Source: Candidatus Poribacteria bacterium
GTDB lineage: Bacteria; Poribacteria; WGA-4E; WGA-3G
Direction of reading: 5' to 3'
Assembly (NCBI GenBank): GCA_963663765.2
Contig: CAXXUA010000003.1
Location: 46,042-110,041, forward strand
Length of the DNA: 64,000 nucleotides
Shown one piece after another: positions 1-8,314 of this stretch (positions within the stretch are counted from its first letter, which is position 1; each line of letters begins with the position of its first letter). The position numbers were made by a program, and so were the translations under genes. The notes under the pieces were generated by a model that saw only the letters and a program-made list of their open reading frames with translations, did no database searches and had not been told where the DNA came from.

Positions 1-895
1 ATCCATCCGATTCCTGTTTGACTAACATTGCTATTGCTGATTTTGTGTTCTTTGGTGGTATCTTCCACGCTTTTTCATACCAAAACTGTGGGAGTGCGTA
101 AATATGGCGAGCTTCGTTTGTTAGGTAAAGATTATATCCTTCAAAACAGATTGCCTCTCCTTGAAAATTGTGTCTTAATATCCAGGGCTTGTTTTTGATC
201 GTTTGTACTATATCGCCAGTATTGTTGTGGTAGACCCACAGTGCGTTGTAGGTGCAGACTGCAAGCCGTTTGCCATCTGTTGAAATACCTGCGCCTGTAA
301 CTAACCTTGCATCTGTGACTTCACCGACCCGTTCCAGAACCTGCTTTGAGTCTGCTTTCAATTCTGGGAAACGGTAAAGCACTGCAATCGCTTGTTCTTT
401 GGAGACTATATACGGGATTCCATCAGCAATAAACAATCCTTCCGCGTCTATATTGTTACCGGGATATTTGTATGGGTATTTAGCAATGATTTCTGCTTCT
501 TTTTCAGTGTGTGGGTTCGGTTCTTTGATGACAACCACATTTAAATCCATTCGCATTCTGCTATTGTTGCCGATGTCACCGATCCAGAGTTGTCCTTTGG
601 TGTCAATAGCGAGTGCTTCCCAGTCTCGGTTTCGTGTGCCTAACACTTTGATTTCTTGGATGAGTTCACCATTGCGTTTTGTTGCGTAAAGTGCTGTGGG
701 ATTTCCAGAGTCGTTCAATGTCCAATAGACACCATCAAACTGTTTGCTTGCGACAATGCCGGAACTTTCTCGAATATCGGGATGTGTATATTTACCTGCG
801 GGTTGCCACGGTGGCGTACCGAATGTTGTTGGTTCTTCAGCGATAGTGAATGTTGCGGTAAGGATAATGATTAGTGGGTAAAGTAGCAATCTCAT
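1..895 (-). CDS. secreted hypothetical protein, beta-propeller-like (start in window, 3' end runs off the left edge)
   Basis: My own translation of the minus strand from ATG at 893-895 gives MRLLLYPLIIILTATFTIAEEPTTFG... and stays open to position 1. It has an N-terminal signal-like segment and the motif DWEALAIDTKGQLWIGDIGNN. It is absent from the ORF track because no stop lies in the window. Track ORFs 399..689 and 656..874 are antisense to it. Confidence 0.6.
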   Translation of the reverse strand, partial: MRLLLYPLIIILTATFTIAEEPTTFGTPPWQPAGKYTHPDIRESSGIVASKQFDGVYWTLNDSGNPTALYATKRNGELIQEIKVLGTRNRDWEALAIDTKGQLWIGDIGNNSRMRMDLNVVVIKEPNPHTEKEAEIIAKYPYKYPGNNIDAEGLFIADGIPYIVSKEQAIAVLYRFPELKADSKQVLERVGEVTDARLVTGAGISTDGKRLAVCTYNALWVYHNNTGDIVQTIKNKPWILRHNFQGEAICFEGYNLYLTNEARHIYALPQFWYEKAWKIPPKNTKSAIAMLVKQESDG

Positions 896-960
896 GTATG
901 GATAATTCCTTTGTAGTTCTTGAATTTTGGTGTCTATATGACCGAGTATCTATGAATATG

Positions 961-1119
961 TTATACCAATTCTAATAAATCTTGTCTCATTAAGGAATTC
1001 TACTGTTTACTGGCAGGGGGTTACTCTCTTCGGTAGGAGCGACCTCCCGGTCGCGACCGTGATGTCGCTCCTACCAGATTTCCGCTGCTAATGAGACATT
1101 ATCACATGAAAATGGTATT
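961..1119. mobile_element. MITE-like element family A, copy 1 (inverted relative to copies at 31.1 and 39.5 kb)
   Basis: Terminal inverted repeats ttataccaattctaataaatcttgtctcatta / taatgagacattatcacatgaaaatggtatta. Central GTAGG-headed palindrome ggtaggagcgacctcccggtcgcgacc... carrying a few mismatches. Confidence 0.7.
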
Positions 1120-1134
1120 ATGTCAATTTACAGA

Positions 1135-3603
1135 TCAACGTGCATCGTCAATATCAGAGTATATACGCAGATCAGGAAGTTGCTTGCGAAGTCTGCGAAT
1201 TTGGGACATATCTTGAATTGGATTTTCTTGAATATGCAGAACTTCTAACTGTTTCAAGTTTTCTATAGGACTAATGTCCCGAATTTGGTTTTTAGCTAAT
1301 CTTAACAAATTTAGCTTTGTCATTCCCACAATCGGTTTGAAGTCCCGAATTTGATTATTGGAAAGTGATAGACTTGTAAGTTGTGTTATGTTTTGAAGCG
1401 GGGAAATATCTTGAATTTGGTTATCGTAAAGGCTTAATTCTGTAAGACGGGGCATTTTAGCCAATACTGTTCCGAGTTGTGTGATATTCTTCAGCTGATT
1501 ATTTGACAATGATAGCGTCGTTAACCGCGTCAATGTAACAAGAGGGGTTAGGTCCTGTAAAGGACAATCCCGAATCGATAAGTTGGTGAGTTGTTTTAAT
1601 TGTGCAATTGGTGTGATGTCACTGATTTGTGTTCCGCGGATTCTTAATGTGCTGAGATGCCTCAGTTCTGACAACCATGTGATGTCGCTAATCTGATTAT
1701 TGACAAGCGATAAGTTGTTAAGATGTTTCAACCTACTGATAGGTGTAAAGTCCATTATTGGGTTATCCCCGATACGTAGGGAGTCAAGTAGTTTCAAATT
1801 TGAGATGGGTGTTATGTCGGTAATCTGATTTTCTTGGATTGTTAAGTGCCAAAGAAATCTCAATTCCGCGAGAGGTGTAATATCATTAATTTGGTTACTT
1901 GCAATAAATAATTCACGTAAGTTCTTTAGTTTGGCAAGCGGTGTGATGTCTGTAATTTTTCCACGGCTTATTGATAAGGTCGTGAGTTGTGGCAATTCTT
2001 CAAGGGGTGTAAGGTCGTTGATCTGATTGTGTTTAGTTTCATCTATAACGTGAACTTCCCTGAAACGCAACGTTGTAAGATTCTTCAATCCGACAAGTGG
2101 ACTGATGTCTCTAATCTGATTTGCACCGAGTGATAAAATACATAGATTTGTTAAACCAGCAAGTGGGGTTAGGTCACTTATTTGGTTGTCTGAAAGGAAT
2201 AAGAATTCTAGCTGTGTTAAACCAGCAAGTGGGGTTAGGTCACTTATTTGATTATATGACAGTTGTAGACTTTTCAATTTCATCAGCCCTTTTAGGGGGG
2301 ATATATCTTTAACCTGATTTCCTGCAACCTTTAAAGTCTCTAAACTTGTAGCTAATTCCAATCCAGTGAGATCAGTTATACCTTCAAGGTAGTCCAATTT
2401 TTTCAACGACCTGAGTCTCTCTTTAGTAATAGAGCTGGTTTGGCTTAATCCGAGTGCTTTTCGCACTGCAGCAGCTAAGTTCGGATCGGGTATAAGCTGG
2501 GATTGCGAATTAGAGGTTGCATCTTGGATTGGAGCGTCCTTTGAAGGTAAACTTTCCTGTTGTTCACTGTACTTTTGTTCACTGATCTGTTTAATATTTT
2601 CCACAAGACTCATATCATCGATCTGATTGTGTGCAACTTCTAAGTACTCCAGTTGTGATAAGTCATTCAGCGAGGAAATATCGGTAATCACGTTGTGTTT
2701 GAGTTCCAAACGTTTTAACTTTGTCAACCCTTTGAGAGGCGAAGTATCTTTGATGTCATTGCGATTGAGATATAGATATTCAAGATCAGACAATGTACTA
2801 AGCGGGGTTAGATCACTGATTTCGTTGCTGGTTAGCGATAATGTCTTGAGTTTTGTAAATCCTTTGAGGGGTGTAATGTCACCGATTTCATTGCGTTCAA
2901 GTTTTAATACCGTGAGTTGGGTGAGGTCTGAAAGCGGCATAATGTCACTTATTTCGTTGTAGGAAAGGTAGAGTTTCTCCAGCATCGTCAAGTTTTTAAG
3001 ACCCGAAATATCTGAAAGTTGATTATTTAAAAGCACTAATGTTTTCAGTTGTGGTAAATCAGAGAGTGGTGTAATGTCACTGATTTCATTGTGACCAAAA
3101 TTTAAGGATTTAAATTGTTTCAAATTCGAGAGTGGTAATAGATCTACAACATGGTTCGCAGAAATATCTAAATGAGACAATTTCTTTAGTCTACTAACCG
3201 GTTTAATGTTGACAATATCATTATATTCAAGCCATAGAAATTCCAACTTTTTCAATTTTGACAGCGGCTTGATGTCTGTTATCTGATTTTTGGTAAGTCC
3301 TAATAAATACAAGTTTTTTAATTTACTAATAGGTGTGAGATCTGAAATCTGATTATGGTAAAGTGATAAAGTTGTCAAGCCTTTTGCTTGTTCTAAACCT
3401 GTTAAGTCTTTTATATCTTTCTCCGAGACCGTCAGGTCTTTTAGTTCTTTCAGTTTATTGTTCATGATAGGTTCATCAGGAGCTAAACCCAATTCTTCCC
3501 TGATAGCTGCAGCTAAATTCGGGTCGGGGAACTCTACGGGTTCTGGTGCGGAACAGCTACTAAATGCAATGAGTAGTACAAAAAGCAGGCAAATCTGTTT
3601 CAT
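1135..3603 (-). CDS. LRR surface lipoprotein, two-module (internalin-like 22-aa repeats)
   Basis: 822-aa ORF. Signal peptide ending in Cys (LLIAFSSC). Cap motif PDPNLAAAIREELGL occurs at the N-terminus and again mid-protein (PDPNLAAAVRKALGL). Dozens of LxxLxLxxNQIxDIxPL repeats. C-terminal cap NPIQDMSQIRRLRKQLPDL. Confidence 0.85.
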   Translation of the reverse strand: MKQICLLFVLLIAFSSCSAPEPVEFPDPNLAAAIREELGLAPDEPIMNNKLKELKDLTVSEKDIKDLTGLEQAKGLTTLSLYHNQISDLTPISKLKNLYLLGLTKNQITDIKPLSKLKKLEFLWLEYNDIVNIKPVSRLKKLSHLDISANHVVDLLPLSNLKQFKSLNFGHNEISDITPLSDLPQLKTLVLLNNQLSDISGLKNLTMLEKLYLSYNEISDIMPLSDLTQLTVLKLERNEIGDITPLKGFTKLKTLSLTSNEISDLTPLSTLSDLEYLYLNRNDIKDTSPLKGLTKLKRLELKHNVITDISSLNDLSQLEYLEVAHNQIDDMSLVENIKQISEQKYSEQQESLPSKDAPIQDATSNSQSQLIPDPNLAAAVRKALGLSQTSSITKERLRSLKKLDYLEGITDLTGLELATSLETLKVAGNQVKDISPLKGLMKLKSLQLSYNQISDLTPLAGLTQLEFLFLSDNQISDLTPLAGLTNLCILSLGANQIRDISPLVGLKNLTTLRFREVHVIDETKHNQINDLTPLEELPQLTTLSISRGKITDITPLAKLKNLRELFIASNQINDITPLAELRFLWHLTIQENQITDITPISNLKLLDSLRIGDNPIMDFTPISRLKHLNNLSLVNNQISDITWLSELRHLSTLRIRGTQISDITPIAQLKQLTNLSIRDCPLQDLTPLVTLTRLTTLSLSNNQLKNITQLGTVLAKMPRLTELSLYDNQIQDISPLQNITQLTSLSLSNNQIRDFKPIVGMTKLNLLRLAKNQIRDISPIENLKQLEVLHIQENPIQDMSQIRRLRKQLPDLRIYSDIDDAR

Positions 3604-3609
3604 GACGTT

Positions 3610-5481
3610 TTACTCCTTATTTTGAATGTTATCAATATCAACTTTCAAATTTGGTTTATGTGTGCGTAGTCGTTGAATCGGTGAAATATCCTGAATTGGA
3701 TTCCCGCTAATAAAAAGATGTGTTAACCGATTAAAGTTCTCAATGATGCTGATATCCCGAATTTGGTTACCACTAAGGGACAATATCGTAAGACTGTTCA
3801 TTCCAGAGAGAGGGACTATGTCTTTGATTTGATTGTTGCCAATGGATAATTGTTTGAGGGATTTTATAGTTGCAATATTCGTAAGGTCACTTATCTGATT
3901 TCCATTTAACCTTATACCTAAAAGCTGGGAATGTTCCTTAAATTGAGGAATATTTATGATTTTATTTTTATCAAGCCCTAAATTGAGAAGTTTCGTTAAT
4001 CCAGTGATTACTGTGATATCACTGATCTGATTATTACTGAAGTCTAAGGACAAAAGTTTTGTTAAATTTCTGATCGGTGTGATATCGCTAATTTGATTGT
4101 CTTCAAGCGATAAAGCTGAAAGGTTCGTCAAATTATACATTGGAGAAATGTCAACAATTTGGTTTCTATCGAGATATAGAAAAAATAATCGTGTTAATTC
4201 AGCAAGGGGTGTGATGTTGGTGATATGATTATTCCTGAGATTTAACTGACTCAGTTGTGTCAATCCTGCCAGCGGTGTGATATCGCCGATTTTATTGTTG
4301 TAGAGATTTAACGTCTCAAGCTGTGTCATATTAGCAAGTGGTGCTATATCATTAATATTGTTATTGTAGAGATTTAACTTCTCAAGCTGTGTCATATTAG
4401 CAAGTGGTGTGATATCATTAATTTTATTGTTGTAGAGTTTTAATGTTTTAAGTTGTGTCAATTTCCCAAGCGGTGTGATATCACTGATCTGATTATCATT
4501 AAGCATTAGTGCTGTCAGTTTCGGCAATCCTTCAAAAAATGAAACGATAGGTGTCAGATCTTGAATTTGATTATTCTCAAGTCCTAAGTCCGAAAGTTCT
4601 TTTAATCCATTGATGTGTTCGATCTCTTTAACTTGGTTGCCTTCAAGCGATAGTCTCCGAAGTCGAGTCAATCCAGACAATGGTGTGAGGTCGCTAATCT
4701 GATTACCTTCAAGCGATAAACCCCGAAGCTGAGTCAATTTAGACAATGGTGTGAGGTCGCTAATCTGATTACTACTAAGGAATAAACCCCAAAGTCGAGT
4801 CAATTCAGACAATGGTGTGAGGTCGCTAATCTGATTACTACTAAGTACTAAGCTCGTCAGTTTTGATAATTTTGTGAGTGGTGTGATGTCTTGGATTTCA
4901 TTATTACCAATAGATAAGGTGTGCAGCTGCGACAAATTTACCACGGATGTAAGGTCTATAATTTTATTATTGGATAAAGATGATTTTTCCAATTGCACAA
5001 GTCCTGCCAAGGGTGTGATATTTTGGATTCGATTCCTTTGTAGGGATAAATCTGTAAGTTCTTTCAATCCACTGAGCGGGGTGATGTCACTAATATGGTT
5101 ACTTTCAAGAGAGAGCTTCTCAAGTCGTATTAACTCAGACAATGGAGTGATGTCCGTAATTTGATTAGAATTTAGGCTTAACGAGATAAGATTTGTTAAT
5201 CCAGCAAGAGGGGTAATATCTGAAATTTGACCACTTTTAATTGATAAACTTGTTAAATGTGTTATTTTTTCTATACCTGTCAAATCACTGATATTGTGTT
5301 CACCTGTAGATAACTTTCCTAATTCTTCCAACTTCTTTTGTGTGATAGGTTCATCAGGGGACAAACCCAATTCTTCCCGGATAGCTGCAGCTAAATTCGG
5401 GTCGGGGAACTCTACGCGTTCTGGTGCGGAACAGCTAATAAATGCAATGAGTAGTACAAAAAGCAGGTAAATTTGTTTCAT
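3610..5481 (-). CDS. LRR surface lipoprotein (tandem paralog of 1135..3603)
   Basis: 623-aa ORF. Its N-terminal ~45 aa are nearly identical to the neighbouring gene. It has ~22-aa NQISDITPL-type repeats and the C-terminal cap NPIQDISPIQRLRTHKPNL. Confidence 0.85.
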   Translation of the reverse strand: MKQIYLLFVLLIAFISCSAPERVEFPDPNLAAAIREELGLSPDEPITQKKLEELGKLSTGEHNISDLTGIEKITHLTSLSIKSGQISDITPLAGLTNLISLSLNSNQITDITPLSELIRLEKLSLESNHISDITPLSGLKELTDLSLQRNRIQNITPLAGLVQLEKSSLSNNKIIDLTSVVNLSQLHTLSIGNNEIQDITPLTKLSKLTSLVLSSNQISDLTPLSELTRLWGLFLSSNQISDLTPLSKLTQLRGLSLEGNQISDLTPLSGLTRLRRLSLEGNQVKEIEHINGLKELSDLGLENNQIQDLTPIVSFFEGLPKLTALMLNDNQISDITPLGKLTQLKTLKLYNNKINDITPLANMTQLEKLNLYNNNINDIAPLANMTQLETLNLYNNKIGDITPLAGLTQLSQLNLRNNHITNITPLAELTRLFFLYLDRNQIVDISPMYNLTNLSALSLEDNQISDITPIRNLTKLLSLDFSNNQISDITVITGLTKLLNLGLDKNKIINIPQFKEHSQLLGIRLNGNQISDLTNIATIKSLKQLSIGNNQIKDIVPLSGMNSLTILSLSGNQIRDISIIENFNRLTHLFISGNPIQDISPIQRLRTHKPNLKVDIDNIQNKE

Positions 5482-5624
5482 TGTATTATTCCTCCTAAGT
5501 ATGTTCTACTTAGTGATAAAAGAGGGATAGGAATTGTCGGGGATTAAACGCTTGTTGGATGTTAATCTAACACATTGCCTCTTAGATTTCAATCTTTATT
5601 CTTATGTTTTGAATGTATTATCGC

Positions 5625-5653
5625 TTGCAGAATGAAGATAATTCCGTTATAGT
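5625..5653 (+). promoter_or_regulatory. sigma70-like promoter TTGCAG-17-TATAGT ending 6 nt before the ATG
   Basis: ttgcag (5625-5630), a 17-nt spacer, then tatagt (5648-5653). The ATG of the next gene is at 5660 and has no Shine-Dalgarno sequence. Confidence 0.4.
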
Positions 5654-5659
5654 TATTGT

Positions 5660-6586
5660 ATGACTTCAGGCAACCAAACACTTACAGTAATTGATGGAAT
5701 ACAGGTCGGACACGCGACAGATTTGAAAGCGCGGACAGGATGTACTGTTATCCTCTGTCCCGATGGAGCGACAGCAGGTGTTGATGTGCGCGGTGCTGCC
5801 CCCGGTACACGAGAAACAGAATCAATTCGTCCAGGACGTTTAATCCAGAAAGTACATGCTATCCTGTTGACAGGTGGAAGTGCCTTCGGATTAGATGCTG
5901 CGGGTGGTGTCGTCCAATACCTTGAGGAAAATGGCGTTGGGTTTGGTGCGGGTGAAATTCGTGTCCCGATTGTTCCTGCAGCAGTCATTTTTGACCTATT
6001 TGTTGGTGATGCCAAGGTGCGTCCAAATAGAGAAATGGGTTATCAGGCGTGCCTTGATGCAACATCTGAATCCGTTGCGATGGGTACTGTCGGTGCTGGA
6101 ACAGGTGCGACCGTAGGTAAAGCACAGGGTGTTATGCCTTCACAGGGGGGTGTGGGTTCAGTATGTCAACGACTTGATAATGGACTAATCGTTGCTGCGC
6201 TGACAGTTGTGAATGCGTTGGGAAACATCGTAAATCCCACAACAGGAGAGATTATCGCTGGAGGTAAAGTAGATGGACGTTTCGTGGACATCACAGAACG
6301 ACTCTTAGATGCAAATGTTGTTCCCGGTACGAATACAACTATAGGTGTTGTTACGACAAATGCCACGCTTACTGTAGCAGAAGCGACACGGGTTGCAGAG
6401 ATGGCACACGATGGGATGGCACGTGCGATTCGTCCATCGCATACTATGTTTGATGGTGATACGGTGTTTACCCTTGCTACAGGTGCACATGTTGGCAGTA
6501 GCGTCAATACTGTTGGTATACTTGCGGCGGAGGTGGTTGCTGAGGCAATTGTTGCTGCGGTAACTGCTATTGCTGTTGCCGATTAG
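5660..6586 (+). CDS. DmpA/BapA-type aminopeptidase (peptidase family S58/P1)
   Basis: 308 aa. The N-terminus IDGIQVGHATDLKARTGCTVILCP..GVDVRGAAPGTRETE and the Gly/Ala-rich body are typical of this family. Confidence 0.8.
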   Translation: MTSGNQTLTVIDGIQVGHATDLKARTGCTVILCPDGATAGVDVRGAAPGTRETESIRPGRLIQKVHAILLTGGSAFGLDAAGGVVQYLEENGVGFGAGEIRVPIVPAAVIFDLFVGDAKVRPNREMGYQACLDATSESVAMGTVGAGTGATVGKAQGVMPSQGGVGSVCQRLDNGLIVAALTVVNALGNIVNPTTGEIIAGGKVDGRFVDITERLLDANVVPGTNTTIGVVTTNATLTVAEATRVAEMAHDGMARAIRPSHTMFDGDTVFTLATGAHVGSSVNTVGILAAEVVAEAIVAAVTAIAVAD

Positions 6587-6602
6587 CGATTTTCAAGGTC
6601 TA

Positions 6603-8201
6603 TTACTTTATCTGTGAAGGAATTTCTTGGGTAACTGGTATTATATAACTACGAATCGGATAACCTTCTTGTATTTCTGTCTCTATCAGTGGGGACGGTT
6701 GTTTTCGGTGATCAAATACAATGTAGCATCCTTCTGTGGCTTTCTCCAATTTAAGGTACTTAGCGAGCTGTTTTTTTCCGGTTTGATAAAGACTTTCTCC
6801 TTCCCAAATTTTGGTTTCAACAACATATTTTTGCTGATTGTGGAGAATGAGTAAGTCTATTCTACCTCTACCCGTTTGTACTTCAAGATACATGTTACCG
6901 CGCACAAGACGTACAAACTGATCAAGATAAGCAAATAGAAGATATTGACCGACAAATTCTTTCGGAGTCTGCGGGACTTGCAAAAGGCGATGTCCAGCTC
7001 GTTCAATAAAACTTTGAAAGTTATCAAGGAGGGGCTGCATCTGAATCTGTCCGTCGGGGGTGAGGTAATCCAAAAAATTTGCAGCGGTTTCATCGGAGAA
7101 ATACTCGTTTTCAAGTCCATTTATCACTGGTTGAAAGGTTTGCATGATCCGATGGTGGTAAATTGGATTGACGATTTCACACATCCCATCAGAACCTTCT
7201 GCAATAATCCCATAAGTAGTGAGTTCATCAATAAGTTCGTTGTCTAAATTGAATCCTATACCTTTATCATAAGATACGATTTTCATCAAAATGTTTTCAA
7301 AATGCGGGTTTCTCCGTATATTGCTGATAAGATGCTCTATGTTGGTGTTTCGTTCCCGAAGCATGCGTGTGTGTGCTTGCGTAAAATGCACCATTTGAAT
7401 CGTAACAGTATTTGGAATATTTAGTTCATTGGTGAGAATCTGTGCAAATCTATTCACAAGAAAAGGCTGACCGGCTGTTTGTTTGTGTAGTGCTTCAATA
7501 ACTTCAATTGAGATAGTTTGTCCGACTTCATCTGTATACTGTGTAAAAAGTTCACGGACTTGCTCAAGCGTGAAGTTTGGTAATGCAAACTCGTCTTGTA
7601 TATTGAATGGGGAGATGGACCTATCATAGTTGAGTTGTGTAATGCTTTTCACTCCCACGATTCCAAGGCTAAATGGACATCGTGCTTCTGAATCCGACAG
7701 GTAGATACGACGGAGCGAGTGGAGAAAATCTGACACTACATCTTGTGGGATACCGTCAAACTCGTCAATGATGATAATGATCCGTTGGTTGTCTAACACC
7801 CTCAAAAGTTCTTCAAAAAAATGTCTTAATGTCACATGATTGGTAATATGCGTGTTCTCAAGTAATTGGTGAAGTGGATTAGACAATACTATTTCACGTT
7901 TTTGAAATACGTTTTCAATTTCTTTCCGAATGTCTTGGAGAAGGTAGTTGTAAAAATCAGAAGGGTTTACGTTTTTATACTCCTCAAAATCCAATTGGAT
8001 TGGAAAGTAAATTTGGTCCTCTTCAATGAGGACATCAAGTGCTAACCTGAAAAAGGTCGTTTTCCCAGTTTGTCGTGGTGCAAAGATGACGATATAACGT
8101 CCCTGTTTGACCCAGTTGACGAAATCAGAGAGTTCTTTGCTCCGTTGAACGACATAGTTCCGGTCAGGTGACACAGGTCCTTGAGTTTCAAAGGTTTTCA
8201 T
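6603..8201 (-). CDS. AAA-ATPase-like protein with C-terminal PD-(D/E)xK nuclease domain
   Basis: Walker A APRQTGKTT and Walker B-like IIIIDEFD. C-terminal GRIDLLIL...YVVETKIW matches the D..ExK nuclease motif. Confidence 0.7.
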   Translation of the reverse strand: MKTFETQGPVSPDRNYVVQRSKELSDFVNWVKQGRYIVIFAPRQTGKTTFFRLALDVLIEEDQIYFPIQLDFEEYKNVNPSDFYNYLLQDIRKEIENVFQKREIVLSNPLHQLLENTHITNHVTLRHFFEELLRVLDNQRIIIIIDEFDGIPQDVVSDFLHSLRRIYLSDSEARCPFSLGIVGVKSITQLNYDRSISPFNIQDEFALPNFTLEQVRELFTQYTDEVGQTISIEVIEALHKQTAGQPFLVNRFAQILTNELNIPNTVTIQMVHFTQAHTRMLRERNTNIEHLISNIRRNPHFENILMKIVSYDKGIGFNLDNELIDELTTYGIIAEGSDGMCEIVNPIYHHRIMQTFQPVINGLENEYFSDETAANFLDYLTPDGQIQMQPLLDNFQSFIERAGHRLLQVPQTPKEFVGQYLLFAYLDQFVRLVRGNMYLEVQTGRGRIDLLILHNQQKYVVETKIWEGESLYQTGKKQLAKYLKLEKATEGCYIVFDHRKQPSPLIETEIQEGYPIRSYIIPVTQEIPSQIK

Positions 8202-8314
8202 TTTGTTACCTTTTTAGCAGTTATCATCATATTATTTTATCAGTTTACCGTGTGAAAATCAATCTTTCATTTAGTCAATATTTTATAGATACATCCTAAC
8301 AAAACCGCTCAATA

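Noticed and set aside
399-874. Plus-strand ORFs 399..689 and 656..874 as genes
   Set aside because: They are antisense to a longer minus-strand ORF (1..895). That ORF has a signal peptide and coherent composition, and was missed by the track only because its stop lies outside the window.
2121-5164. Antisense or out-of-frame ORFs within long genes
   Set aside because: Affected ORFs: 2121..2312, 2627..2962, 4874..5164, 20838..21050, 62365..62649, 13757..15016, 55936..57228, 5653..6015, 6166..6507 and similar. Each lies fully inside a longer ORF on the opposite strand that has clear family motifs. Periodic LRR/WD40 coding sequence keeps the antisense frames open.
1135-5481. Diversity-generating retroelement or cassette system acting on the LRR genes
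   Set aside because: The window contains no reverse transcriptase and no template/variable repeat pair with adenine-specific differences. The variation seen is whole-repeat gain and loss, plus a conversion-like 5' tract.
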